DNA of 63,676 bases, the filler included, from Phoronis australis (Eukaryota > Animalia > Phoronida): assembly GCA_002633005.1 (NCBI GenBank). It is 5 parts of 5 records of this genome, joined end to end, with 100 filler letters (N's around TTAATTAATTAA, not from the genome) between each part and the next. Parts side by side here need not be neighbours in the genome. Positions count along the whole stretch, not along the records: positions 45,735 to 57,768 come from NMRA01000316.1; positions 57,869 to 61,358 come from NMRA01002989.1; positions 61,459 to 63,676 come from NMRA01003788.1; 2 more parts are not named here. One strand, 5' to 3'. Under the pieces are notes generated by a model that was not told the DNA's origin, ran no database searches, and was given only the letters and a program-made list of their open reading frames with translations. Below are positions 50,291 through 63,676 of this stretch, piece after piece (positions within the stretch are counted from its first letter, which is position 1; the number at the start of each line of letters is the position of its first letter). The position numbers and the translations under genes are program-made.

Positions 50291-51793
50291 TTATAGTGTT
50301 GTTAGATCTTCTGAAAGAGCTGTAAAGTCTGTTTTTGTACGGATTGCCCGTTTAACATTATTGTTGAACCACGGTTGGCTGTTGTGTTTAATTATCTTTT
50401 CAGTTGATGGGATGTTGTTTTTTAAGATTTCATAGAGAGTACTAGTGAAGAGTGAAACAGTGTCATCAATGTCGCCAGTGTTCAATATGGAATCCCAGTC
50501 AGTGTTTGTGATATCCTGACGCAGTTTATCGGTGTCGACCTGATCATATTTCCAATTGGTTCGAGTGGTGTGTTGTTCTTTAACCGTTTTTTTAAGTGTT
50601 AGAGTGGTTTCGATTGTGTGGTGATCAGAATTGCCAACAGGAGGTAGTACAGAATATGAGTCAATGATACTCAAATTGTTTGTTATAGAGAGGTCAATAC
50701 ATGAATGAGAAACGTCGGTGATACGGGTTGGCTCATTAATTAGTTGTATGCAGTCATTAGACAATAAGATATCAAACAATTGTAGTCCGGCCGTATTGTC
50801 ATGATCATCATTGTACCATGTAGAGTTTCGGGCATTGAAATCACCATTTATGATTATACTAACGCTATTGCGGTTAAGTTCCGCTAACTGATCGGCTAGG
50901 GCTTTGAAGTAGAGTTTGCTTTCAGTTGGAGATTGAACAGGTGAGAGATAAAACAACCCATAGTAAATTTTACTGTGATCGAAATAAATTTCGATCCAGC
51001 GGTTGCATAACTGAGGACAAGTTAAGCTAGGACATGATTTAAATGAGAGTGTGTTTTTAGTGAATAAGATGATGCCACGGCCACTGTTACTGTGATGGGC
51101 TACACTGTAACCAGGAATGATTAGTTCATTATCAAGGTCGTCTTTGGTAACATTACAAGTTTCACAAAGAGCGACAATCATATATTCGTAAGACAGAACA
51201 AAGTTTTTTAGAAGTTGAAATCTGGAGAAATTGTTGGATTTAATGCTGTTACTATTTGAAAATAAGATTTTAAAGGTAGTATTGTCTTCAGGCCCAGGAT
51301 TTTCTTCAACATCGCCAGCTAAAAGGAGGCACATGCCAACGACGATTCCGTAATCCATACAGGTGTTATGTAAACAATAGTAAGACACATCAGTAAGCTG
51401 AACCCGCATAGCGTGATATCTCATTCGATGCCGGTGAGAGGAATTGAACTGTGACAATGAGGGGGAAAACATGGTAAGACCAGAGAAACTCACACTACTC
51501 GAGGCACTCAAAGGATAGCCGTATGTAACAATTAATACACCAATGCTTGTTGAAAGTTCAAGGGTTGTTAAATGAATAAGGTAGTCTGGACAATTAGGGG
51601 AGTCATTTTTAAAAAACAAAATTATATCATAGGCTCGCTTACAGGTACATAAATAGCAACTTAGTTGAAAAGCACAACATATAAAATCAATCTTGGGAAA
51701 CCAGTTAGTTCTGTTGCAAGTGAATACAAAACACATAGATAATGATTGACCTAAAGATACAATGTCATGTATGTACAGAGGAAATATGACCAA
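50291..51793 (-). pseudogene. LINE ORF2 5' part: 2A-like peptide plus APE endonuclease
   Basis: LLLAGDVEENPGP immediately followed by the APE domain; the frame breaks before the RT. Confidence 0.9.
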
Positions 51794-52939
51794 ATAGTAA
51801 CGGACAGAAGAAGGTGAAAAATAAGAGTTTGAACACTCAAATTCGCTGAAGAAAACAAAAAAAGATGTATTGAAGTTCTCTCACTATGGATAACTTAGCT
51901 GTAACACGTTTTAGAATTGATAAAAGGCTATGAGTTCTTACCACTATAGGCCACCTAGTAATGACTGATCAGCTCATGTGTTCGGTGGTGTCTTCTGAAT
52001 TGAAGTAAACTTTCTCACAGATTGAAACACCAGTTTTCACAGGGATTATTTCAACTTGAAACTCATTATAAACTAAATCATGGTGACAGACAGTGCTCAG
52101 CGTGATTTTTTCACGGGCAAACTAAAACAGTAATAACCAATTAATGATATGGGGAATCATTCGGAAACCCACAACAAAAATCACATGTAGTTGTAGATTC
52201 TGCACCTGACTGACAGAGAACAGAACAAGTGCCTAGAAATTAAAATCAATATTATAGTGATTGAGAGGTGTCAATAACATGACCGAACAGAATTGCCACA
52301 CAAAATCAGTGACATGTAAATTTATCCTGACAGACAATTCGATATGGAGTTGTCCACAAAATCAACGTTCTGAGAAACACAGCAGTCAGAAAAAAAATTA
52401 TATCAGGGACAGCCACTAAGGCCTGAGCTCACATATCAGAATCATTGTCTTATGTGAATATCATGCAATGTACAATTCCGTCACGCATTCAATTAAAATG
52501 TGGGAAACATGTTTTAACAACAACCAAAAATACCACATTAATACATACTGTAGGCAGTTGCAAAGACACTGTATTACATTTTTGGTAAGGGTGCAACTGG
52601 GAAACAGTAAGAGGCAATAAGCAACAAAACCCATGCTCCAAACATGAATGATTTAGATGCATATTAAGGATTCGATGCATAACCATTGCCTGTGGTCAGT
52701 ATAAGGTGTTGTGATCGCTACGGACCTGTATAGAGTGCGCCACTACTGATAGAGAGGTAACTTGAGCGTGATCTGGTATTACATAAGGGAGAAAACTGAA
52801 TAAGTATCAGTGGACAGGACAATTACCTGATCCTGTCAAGACATGGGGGTGGGGTGAGTGAACGCAAAAAAGTGAGGGATGTCACCAGTGAGTAATTGGA
52901 TATGAACTACAATAGGACGAGAGAGCAGAATACAATTTA

Positions 52940-53674
52940 AACTTCACAGTTTTCTAACACTAGAAGGTCACTTTCTGAGGAAACCTGCTTTATCCTGTTA
53001 TCATGCAGCTGTATTGTTACGTTACCGTCATGCGTCCACGTTTAAGCGATGGTTTTAGATTGTACAAGGAAGCGACAGCGGGCGTAGAGAAGGGACCGTT
53101 GTTTCGTGAGATTTTCATTGATATAGATCTGGGATGGTAAGTTCAGTTTGCGGAGTAGACTTCTATTGTGAAGGAAAGCAGTTCTGGTATTATATGACAC
53201 TACAGATGATAGGACGATCTTTTCGCGAATCTCTAGCTCCATGTTTAGGTAGTTTGGGCCCGAGTCTGTGGGATCTGCTGATTTGTTGGGGGTTAATTTC
53301 AAGACCCAGTTTGCGTCCCAAGTCGATCACAATGTTGTCAGTAGCTCCAGGTTTTTCATTTACAGGCTCATCGACTCCATATATAACTATATTATTGCGA
53401 CGCGAGTATTGCTCTAGGTTATCTAGATTTGCTGACAAATTGTTGACTTGCTCATTCAGCCGCTATATTTCTTTGTCTTTCTGGTTAAGGATGGACTCGT
53501 AGTAGGCCTTTATATCATCCAGGGCAGGCTGGAATAGTTGCTCACGGAGTGTTTTAATAACTTGGGGCGAAGTCAGCGCTTTTTCGAGGGTTGTTTGAAT
53601 AAGTTTTTTGCTCTGTCGTTTAAGGATGCGCTATCTTTGCTTGCAAACCTCTTTCTTGGTTCGTCAGCACTCAT
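52940..53674 (-). pseudogene. LINE ORF1 (coiled coil plus RRM-type), broken by frameshifts and a stop
   Basis: Overlapping ORFs 53573-53845, 53190-53438 and 53042-53302 hold consecutive ORF1 motifs; probable ATG at 53674 (MSADEPRK). Confidence 0.8.
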
Positions 53675-56600
53675 CGTTGGAAGTATAAGATAACGTAAGA
53701 CATTAATACAGAAAATTAATTGAGAAATCTTCAGCACAATTTCAAACGCACATCTGGCGGGAAACAGGTCACGGAGGAAGACATATACGGACATGTAGTC
53801 AACTGAATGATTCTTTTCTTCAATGTTTTGTTTATTATGAAGCATATAATATACAAAAATTGAAAATAAACCTTAAAACCGTTAGAAAGCGTTATGTCTG
53901 AGCATCAAAATATACTCACAAGCACACGCACAAACACACATACATTTTCCGGCGTAATGTGAGGAATTTTTCCACGGCAAAAAGAGTACAATTCGGAGGT
54001 TGCCTTTTCCTACTAAACAATTTAATAACAATCATTCCAAGGGAACATCAAAAGCTTGTCTCTATGTTCACGGACTCAGATCTTTCAAAAATTTTGTGTA
54101 CATATATCCTGGTGGGATATGCTCAAAATGTTTAATTATATTTTTCAAGTAAGCACATCTTAAATATTTTGGCCCAATATAGCGCATTTTAGGCTTTAAA
54201 GGGTTTAGTTAGTGAAACTGTTTTAAAACTGCTAAAAAAAACTTGGAAAGAGAAAGGTTTGTAAAGGAGACATTATAACTCCCTTTCAAAAGAACGTAGT
54301 GGTATTTTCAAAACGGTATTCGTTAATTTTTACTAGAGTGCCTAAATTCAGCAAATTTTGTCCAATTTTGGGTATTTGATACTTGAGATGCTCTGCAGAA
54401 CAGTTTGTGGGATGCTGGAGATTGTCCAGAGAAAATTTTCATCACTTTGCTGTCTGACTAAGAAAATAAAAATGTTTTTTGTTTGCATTCAAGCAACAGC
54501 AGATAGAAGACACTTGCACATTTTACAGTGCCTAACTATGGGACGTATGTAGCTGTATCTCTTAAACCTCATAAAAGGGCTTCATTATTTTTGCAAACAT
54601 GTATCCATGGTAATCAAATCAGTTGACGTCAATTTTTAGATACGTGCACTTCAACTACTGCGTGCCCTCCGATGGCAGTTTCTATAACTAGATTTCTTTG
54701 GTGAAATTTAACCAAACCGATTCCATTGGGGAAACGATGTCACATGAGTGTTTGAGAACGACGTTTCAATATTAATCTAATATTCTGTTGCGATATTTTG
54801 TGCCCGATTAACGTCGATCTTATTGAGTGGTGATCATTTACATAAAAAGTCATTTTAATCTGGGTTTTCTCATTTTTAAAGGACGCTCATCGTTTAACCG
54901 ATTCCACCCAAATGTGATTTTGCCAGTTGTTGTTACACTCCCATTAGAGATAAAAATGACATCTCTTAAGAATATTGGGCCTTCGGGTTTCAACATTTCA
55001 TGATAGCTACAGCTTAGGTTTACACTTATCAAAGTGACCCTAGTACAAACTAATACGCAAACTAAAATGATCCTAACTCCCTCTTGCCACAATAAGTAAC
55101 TTAGAATGTACTTAGGAAATTTTCAACGATAAAGGCTGAAACAAGCTTACGTTAAGTATGAAAGTAGAATGACATGCATAATTTATTACAATGGCAACTG
55201 AGTACAATGAAATGGTTCCCCCTTAATCTAGAATTTGACGATCATGAAACTAAAAATAAGAGGTTATGAAGCAGAAAGTGTCGGGTAAGCTTCACACTTC
55301 ATTATCCAAATGTAACCTATTTCTGTAAATCAAGTAATGTTTTCACATTTCGTTCCTTTGAAGTAGAAAGTAATTAGTTACAAAACACGAATCGACAGCA
55401 CATTTCATGTATAAAATTTAGAAAAAATATGTGTCCTGTTGTGACACATAATCATACCTTCAACAAAAGTTGACTTTCAAACAAAGAAACGATTTCAAAG
55501 CAATTTCAAAAGTATTCTTAGCAGAATGCAAGGTCAATTAGGGCACTTCACATTGAAGTAAATGAAAGATTCAAAATACTTATTGCACAAATACTAGAAA
55601 CTTGTACGAACATGCTTTTTAACAGTGTGTCGACAAATGTATTATGGTTAAATACTCACCGATGACAATGTAGCCAGTTGATCATGCCTTTTGCCATTTT
55701 ACAAAATGTACTTTCCATCGTGAATTATGAGCACTTGAACCACTCAATAAGTTACAACTGCATGGTTGAATTCTAGTGTGCTCTCTTGGATTGTACAGAA
55801 TGGTAGGAACTATATTTGTGAAAATCAAGTTTAAGCACTTTTAAACTCGTAATCAATGCACCTGAGATATCGAGTCAAAATTTGACACATAAATAACGAC
55901 GACTTTTGAATGCACCATGGGATATTGATTTTTTTTTATTTTTGTATGTGAGACATACATGCATTTCCTGTTACGCAGCCTTTTGTCTTCAATGTGAAAA
56001 AAAAATTCGATTTGACCGCTTCGTTCAGTCTCGAGTCCTTAATTCAAAAGAATTGTGCACAAGTCGGAATATTTCATTAAAAATCACATCAATTATTCCT
56101 GTCAGCCAAAAATTGTCTTTAAGGGGACCAAACGTCTTGGGTACTGGCAATAGGCAAATATGTCATCACTTGTGCCTTCGTAACCTTCGACTCACAGTTA
56201 GTTATGAACGCTGACTGGGTGAAGTGGTAATATGGAAATGGCAGACAACATTACGGTACCTAAATTGTTGATTCTCATAAGTTATTTCTTTTTCAAACCC
56301 TTTTCACAGTAATGAAGTTACAAAAACAATCGTTTAATAAGTGTAGAATAGGCAACATTGGGGCATCTTTAGAACAAAAAATGAAAAAGCTCATTCGAGA
56401 GATTCACACATTTGTTCATATCCACAATCATACAGTCTTCGATGTGCATAGCCCTGCAATCTGGTTAACAGATATGCTTGAGTGACACATACTTTCAATA
56501 TTACAAAAATTGCTTCCGGATTTATCTCTCCTGTGGTGAATGCAACGAAATTATTAGATTATTAGTATCAGATTTTATTTAGTATTCCTAATGTCCTACT

Positions 56601-57120
56601 TCCTTAAACTTTTATGTGTTTTCTTTCATTGCATGGAATCTACCTGTTTTTCTATTTTTTATGTTGGAAATCGCTGTTTTTGATATGCAAGAACGTGTAA
56701 ATTTCTACGTAAACTTTGAAGGCCTATTGGTAAAAAACTAAGAGGCCATTAAGTGCAAAATTGGTGATTTTTGTATCAGAGCCTTTAATTACCACAATCA
56801 CATGCACAAAATTTAAACTGAATCCGAAAGATGACCCAAGAGTAATGTTTTGATTTCTTTTGATTTTCTCGTGTAATTGAAATTTCTGAGAGCACCTACG
56901 GGCGGTTATAAATCGACTGTCTCAGATTTCTGTGAAAATTTACGAGGTCTTAGCCTACTCCTAGATATGCAGAAAGCCACCATTAATTTTTCTGATAAAG
57001 GCCCGTTTTCGTTTTTTGCCGATCTCGACACTTATTTCAGTACAAAAGCTGCCAACTTTAAAAAGACTGTTAAAACATATTATAAGTTAGGAATATATAT
57101 ATATATATACAATAAAAATA

Positions 57121-57768
57121 TTTATATGCGCTAACTGCGAAGCGATACCGAAGCTACTTTACAGTGAAACAACACATGTAGTTGAGATAAAAGGTCATAT
57201 ATATTATGACAAACTAAACTACTACAGATATCAGTAATTACAAAAGTTATATAACATGTTGCACTGTAAAGGTGGGTGACAATCTGCCATAGTAAGTTAA
57301 GAAACAATATGCGGAAGAATAACAGCAACACCGGGACAGCGACATGTGAAATTTGAGGATAAAGGGAAAGAATGAAAATTGGTTTGAGGGAGGGAGGGAA
57401 AGAGAAATTGAGTGAAAAATGAAAGTTGGAGAGAATTGTGGACGATGGCCCAGTGTTGCAACAAGACAAAGAGATCACGTGGTACAATTAAACCAATAAT
57501 CGTAAAACAAAGAGGGTCACTGACCAGAGAATCCAAACAATATGATAATGAGGAGGAGGCAGTATAGCTTACATAAAATAATTTAATACTTAAATAATTT
57601 TTATATGCGCTAACTGCGAAGCGATACCGAAGCTAGTTTACAGTGAAACAACACATGTAGTTGAGATAAAAGGTCATATATATTATGACAAACTAAACTA
57701 CTACAGATATCAGTAATTACAAAAGTTATATAACATGTTGCACTGTAAAGGTGGGTGACAATCTGCCA
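57121..57768. repeat. Direct repeat, period 479 bp; second copy cut by a gap
   Basis: TTTATATGCGCTAACTGCGAAGCGATACCGAAGC...ACAATCTGCCA at 57121 and 57600. Confidence 0.85.
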
Positions 57769-59157
57769 NNNNNNNNNNNNNNNNNNNNNNNNNNNNNNNN
57801 NNNNNNNNNNNNTTAATTAATTAANNNNNNNNNNNNNNNNNNNNNNNNNNNNNNNNNNNNNNNNNNNNGAAAATACGCCAGCGTATTAGGCATTACATAG
57901 ACGAGACGCCGTTATAAAATTAGGTCATGTTCTTTTATCCCCTGTCCATTTTGGAAGTGATTTCTGGGCTCTAGCAGAAATGGAACTTCATTATTTCTTC
58001 GGTCCTAGCTATTGAAAAATCTGAAATTTTATGAGCTTGGTTTGAAGTTAACCGAACAGTCATTTATTTGGCTGAAGCCCCGAAGTCATCTCCAGTTTAA
58101 CTAAGAAACATTTTGAGACAGATTTTATTGTTTAAAGTGTCCTAAATCAATTTTATTTTTTTCAAAAATGAACCGGTTTAATGCGGGGAGCATTAATTGG
58201 CATGGATATTGATGATTGACCGGCAAGCAATGGCGAGAATTCTCGATTTGTTATAAAATGACAGAAACATCTTTTGTTCTATTGCTTTCGTCAAAGCTTA
58301 TGACATTTTACCAACAATAATTTCAAAAATGTGTTTCGGCCCAAAAAAGTGTTACACTCACTAAACTGTGATGGCTGTGAAATAAGACGGTGACATTTTT
58401 ACTTCAACTTTGAGCCTCCATTGTTATGAAGCTAGAAATTGATCATTAGGCAGGGATGCGCTTGTACTTCTAAATATCTTGAACAATTTGATATAAGTAA
58501 ATGAGAATTAAGCTTTAAACGTCACATGTGTTTCTACTGTTAATGACGAAAAGTATATATATATCAAAATAATTGCAGTAAATCCCAGAAAACGCTAGAA
58601 AGTATTTTATTAAGGCGTAAAATTTAATAATAGGTTGTAATAAAACTGACCAACAAAGTTTATTGGTAATAATTAAGAGAAATTGTAGATTCAGAGGAAA
58701 GGCATTGTACCGAACGAAATCACCTCTCACTACTATATGAATGACTCTGTTTAAATAAGACAAACAAGATGCTGTGCATAATTTATGTTTCAGAACAGGT
58801 TTCTCTCTCAGCAAAAAATAGAAGATTGAGCAAATTGCGCGTTTTGTTTTCAAATCCTTGTTTTCCTTTTCCTTAATTTACAGAAAACACATAATTCACA
58901 CTTGTTGAGCATGACACTCTCGCTTTATTGCAAAAGGAAAAGAAAAATAAGTATCATAACGCAACGCTGTTGCATTCGTCTTGTGAAGCAATGAAAACTC
59001 AGTCCAACTTAACATTGATCATGGTTTACGAACATGGCTCAAAACATGTCAAACACGGTGGAGCTCCGTGTTTGAAAGAATTTGTACACTGACGCTCCTG
59101 TGTATGTCACACTCATTGCAAATTAGCAGGCACTCAAGAAAATAGTGACTATAAACT

Positions 59158-59454
59158 CATAGAGAATTTGGGGGGTCCAGGGGGCCCGGCAACCCCCCTT
59201 GGCTGCCGAAGAAGAAAATAAATCGGCAAGAGCGTGACGAAATATTGAAATATTAACTGACCCCGGTAATTAACCTGAGGCAGAAACAACATCGATGTGT
59301 TGAGGGTTTCCCATTGTTTTTAGTCTTCCGAATGATAGCAGAATCTCCGCTTTCCCGAAAGTTCGAGCCACCCCCCTTGGTTGCGCGCATGCAGTCGGAC
59401 TTTTCGCCAGACAACATGTTGGTCCCCCCTCATGATATCCTAGATCCGCCACTG
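59158..59454. mobile_element. Shorter hAT5-like relative with 5-bp TSD AAACT
   Basis: AAACT|CATAGAGAATTTGG ... GATATCCTAGATCCGCCACTG|AAACT; shares ACCCCGGTAATTAA with the 13394 element. Confidence 0.75.
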
Positions 59455-61459
59455 AAACTTACCAGCTGGTCACTGAGGTATATTACGGCTTTTTCCTCTG
59501 AAATCACCTTGTCGGTCGCAAGTTGGCCTACGTGAGTTGCCTCGTGTAATCAAATGGTATGTTGTCAGGATGGTTAAGGTTTTGTAGAAGTGTAGATAAT
59601 TGACATATCGTGAGCTCCGCCCCTTGCGAAATGTAGGCAAACAAACAATCAGTTTTACCCGGCAATGTGTTGTTTTTCGGGTAAAATGGCGGCTTGGAAA
59701 CGAAGGTGTGTCAAGAGTGCTACGTTCTGATTGGTCAGTTTACCCGTAGCTCAAGGCCAGCCTCCTGTTTAGTAACGCAAGGACCTCGCAAAAAAGCCGA
59801 GACTTTGGGAGATTGCGTGAGATATTGCCGTGTATTTTAAATGAGAATACGTGACTTTGGGTAGATTTTAGCTGGGTCCTAGCGTAGGTCCTAGCGTTAC
59901 TGAACGCACGCCAGGAAGATCCACTGTTAAACTAATGTAGTGGTCGTGCCCTGAAGGACTTTCTGGTTTTCCATAAACAAATGACAAGATGACTTTGGGT
60001 CACACTCATTGAAGTCAATCTGTCTCTAACCGGCGTTCCTCCACTATGAAGACATCTCTAAGGACAACTATAACTGGAAGACATGAAGTAACGATTAGGG
60101 ACGCTAGCCAAGGAGTGGGCAATCAGAGTCTGAAGATCAGTTCAGTACTGTTTTGAATTGAATAACCAAAACTTAACAACCACTGGAACATCAAATAAAT
60201 GACTATTTTTTTCAAGAAAGCGCGCCTCTTTAACCTTTCGTTTTTTGCCAATACATTTTGTCACGACGTCAGTATTCGAAACAGATCTTTTCTACAAGAT
60301 AAATACAGTTACAGCGTTTGATTTGTTTTTATTTAAGAAAATAACATTACTCGTCAACAATGTCATTGATGAAAGTACATGGACCCATACATTCAACATT
60401 CAACCGGTGCAGGTGCTTCTAGAAACGCACACAGTTTAGTGAATGACCAACTGATTTAGGATTATTGTGTTTCAGTAATAAAATTCGTTTTCAAACAATT
60501 CTCATAATTTCTGTAATCTCAATGTAATATTTTGTATATGAAAAAAGGTCCCTATACTTTAAATCAAAGAGAGTTTCACCTTTCTGTGACAATTTTAATG
60601 ACGTTTTCGCGGTAATCGAGGCTTTACAACTGTCACGGGTTCGCGTTTCAAAAACAAATAATAAGACCAGCGACTGCAGTTAAATCATAAATTGTACTTA
60701 TACCAACGATACAGTCACACTTCACAAACTCCTATCGAAGACTCTCTCAAACCTTTTGAGCATCAAAAGATGTCTTCGAAATACTTTCAAGAAGTGCTTT
60801 ATAATCTATTTTTTTCATTTTTATGAGTATAAATCGTTACTATACATTCGAAAAGTTGTATTATACAAGCCAAATGAAGTTTAAAAATGCTTGGCTTCGT
60901 TTTCATTTTTTAGCAACTCAGTATACTACTTGGCATTTTGAAAGTAGAAATGGCGGTAGCTCTTTTCATTTTAACAGTCGATAAATAACTCAATAAGAAT
61001 TTATGAAAAATTGCTCTTGCCGGTCTGTCATAAGTCCACAAATTTTGCTTTCATTTTTATTTATCAGTAAGTTGTTTATATCTTATTCAAGTGAGCGATG
61101 GCGGTAAATTCTACATGAGTGACAGAGTGGCAAAAACACAATTGTTGGACAGTGGCGTAACTTGTTTGTTTCAAGCGATTAGTCTGGTTCTGGCAACTGC
61201 GCTTACCCGTCAAACATCGGTGAACCGGTATTAACAACCCCACCGGTGATCCAAGTCTTTCAAGGCATGTGGTGCCTGACATTAAACAGTACACACCATG
61301 GATTTTTGCACATTTCGAATTACCGGTGGCCACAGACTAAATGTATGACGTAAAATTTNNNNNNNNNNNNNNNNNNNNNNNNNNNNNNNNNNNNNNNNNN
61401 NNTTAATTAATTAANNNNNNNNNNNNNNNNNNNNNNNNNNNNNNNNNNNNNNNNNNNNC

Positions 61460-62090
61460 CTGCCAATTTTTTTCATTAAGCCATCAGTTGATATGGACCT
61501 GGCCTTTTTATTAGACCATCAGTCAATACGGACCTGAACATTTTTTAGTTTATGCAGACCTACACTATTTATTCATTATGCCATCAGTCGATACGGACCT
61601 GTCCATTTTTCAGTAGGCCATCAGTCGATATGTACCTCTCCTTTTTTATTAGACCATTAGTCAATACGGACCTGTCCATTTTTTCAGTAAGCAATCAGTC
61701 AATACGGATCTGCCTATTTTTTCATTAGCCCATTAGTATAAGAGGACCTGTCCATTTTTTCATTAGGCCACTGTGCGAACCTGCCCATTTTAAATTAGGC
61801 CATTAATTTAAGCAGACCTACACTTTTTATTCCTTATGCCATCAGTCGGTACGGACCTGTCCATTTTTCAGTAGGCCATCACTTGATACGGACCTGTTCA
61901 TTTTTTCATTTGGCTATCAGTCAATATAGACCTGCCCATTTTTCATTTGGCTATCAGTCGATATGAACCTGTCCATTTTTTCATTAGTCCAACGGACCTG
62001 CCCATTTTTTTCATTAGGCCATCAGTCGATACGGACCTGTTCATTTTTTCATTAGTTCATCAGTTGATACAGGCATTTTTTCATTAGTTG
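61460..62090. repeat. ~38-bp degenerate minisatellite
   Basis: Consensus CCATCAGTCGATACGGACCTGTCCATTTTTTCATTAGG repeated many times next to a gap. Confidence 0.9.
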
Positions 62091-62303
62091 TTTTTTGGCA
62101 TCTGCCCCTCTGTCAAACCAACCATTGGCACGCCAACTGCTCGTGCTTTATGCATTCGTCATTTCTGATGTGCGTTTCACTGTGAACTAGTTGTAAATAG
62201 TAGTCTGAAGATGAGATATGTGTCTCGAAGTATCGCTTTTTAAATTATGTTACCTACTGATGTCATTTGGATTTTTATTGCATTGTTGTGATGTAAAGAC
62301 AAG

Positions 62304-62551
62304 GGACCCGTTCCAACAAAACTGACTTAGCTAAGACAAATCTTACATTTCAGTAAATTTAAAAATATAAGTTAAAGTTGTCTGAAAACCAATTCAAAAT
62401 AGAGATTATGAGTTTGATTTAAGTGTTTGACAGAAGTTTTGTCTTAATTTTGACTAATTTACCAAATGTGGAAGTTTCAAAGTTTGGAATTTAAGACAAA
62501 TCTTAAACTTAAGTCAAAAATGAACTTAAGTCAGTTTCTTGGAACAGGCCC
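62304..62551. mobile_element. Harbinger-like MITE with 3-bp TSD AAG
   Basis: AAG|GGACCCGTTCCAACAAAACTGACTTAG ... TAAGTCAGTTTCTTGGAACAGGCCC|AAG. Confidence 0.7.
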
Positions 62552-63676
62552 AAGGTCTTTATTTAGAGAATCGGTTTATGGCCACAGTAAGATTAAAAAC
62601 CGGACGATCTCCGCACAATTAAAAAAATTCATGTTCAATTCAACGTTTCGTCTTTTCATTAGACATCATCAGGATCATATTTACAACAATTTAGGACAAG
62701 TGCCAACATACAGCTCAGGTAACATCCATAAAGCGAAGTGAGAGATACAGGAATATAGTCAGTAGCTGGTCATCACCATAGTTGCAGGGTCACTGAGCTG
62801 TGCGTGCCACTGATTCTCTGAATAACTCCCCCTACATTTGTAAATACTCCTTGTTATTTTGTTATCAATTTAATACTCTGCTTCAATCGACTAGCCTTTG
62901 GCTAATGTTTGTATTTATGAATGCACGAGTTTAAATAAAGATGTATGTACGGTTGTATGTTTGTATCAAACCTAGGGCTCTATAATCAGCGCCTTCAATA
63001 GTCCTAAGGAGAACATCAAACATCAACCAGACACTAAATTCAAACATTTTTGTAAGTTTTCATTTTCTGATTTGGAGCAATACGAGCATGGGAAAGTAAA
63101 CTCCCACTCATGGCCGACTTGCAGTGACATTGACCTTGATAGCATGAACAGCTGGTTTTAGCATTCAAAAATATACATTTAGAGATGGACAATAAATGTA
63201 ATTTCATTAACCTTTGATGTTTTTTGGTTTAACTGGTTCTTAACGTGTACTTTTATCCATGGCCCAGTGACCTAGACTGTCGGGACTGTTTTCAGATGTC
63301 TCACCCTGAAACTTTCAAACACTAAAATATTTTTCTAAATCTCATCTCTTCCATTCGTCAGACACCTGTCTTGTACTTTAAGCACTGTTTAATAATTTTA
63401 CACAGCGGTGCACCGGTGGCAATGAACTTAAACCCTTGGTTTGTTTGGGACATAGCTTAGATGAATAAGTAGTTAATTGTGATTCAACCCAGACCTGTGA
63501 ATGGTGAATGGTTTCATTGCAGATTTGAAGAAAATATGACATAAGGTGATGTAAGATACTTACTGTCTATCACAAATAAGGTGAATAAATAATTATTATC
63601 CCTAATCATGCTCATTTCAGGCTGTCGCTCACTCAGGTTTGTGCCTCCTCGGTGCTAAGAACCAGCTTCATCCACA

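Larger units (their letters stand above)
49140..53850 (-). mobile_element. CR1/L2-group LINE with ORF1 and ORF2 (2A-APE-RT); degenerate, 3' part missing
   Basis: ORF1 fragments (LEQYSRRNNIVIYGV, RSHRLG, IYINENLT..R..L, TWTHDG). APE endonuclease motifs (IVALCET, GDFNAR, EPTR, IDL, SDH). RT motifs ([39 protein letters not shown]). Outer boundaries approximate. Confidence 0.92.

Noticed and set aside
54000-61300. Short ORFs of 60-120 aa
   Set aside because: No recognisable motifs; AT-rich intergenic or decayed-repeat sequence. Small exons cannot be excluded.
61460-62090. ~38-bp repeat array as a CRISPR
   Set aside because: Degenerate tandem units without spacers; a minisatellite.

Overview
AT-rich, repeat-dense eukaryotic scaffold with N-gaps, some carrying an artificial TTAATTAATTAA spacer. 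Its TE content (Academ, hAT5-like, Kolobok-like, HERO-like, CR1/L2 with a 2A motif) suggests a marine invertebrate animal; this is an inference. Only two intact host-type genes are visible, and they converge. (1) A ~1900-aa protein (short coding exon 29293-29344 spliced in frame to a single 5.6-kb exon 29774-35421) with a helical N-terminus, a Pol-beta-superfamily nucleotidyltransferase of the GlnD/GlnE/DUF294 type (GS-x10-DLE plus a DUF294_C-like helical domain), and 25 indel-free 43-aa TPR repeats with hypervariable helix-A positions and an A/B dimer sub-array. It is a candidate sensor-plus-NTase innate-immune or effector system and the main finding. (2) A 286-aa multi-pass membrane protein ORF. 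The rest is mobile DNA: a nested Academ transposon, a 9-bp-TSD TIR element carrying a C2H2+PHD ORF, a CR1/L2-type LINE with a StopGo 2A peptide, LINE fragments, several MITEs with 5-bp TSDs, a long inverted duplication and minisatellites. All family assignments come from motif recognition by eye, not database searches.
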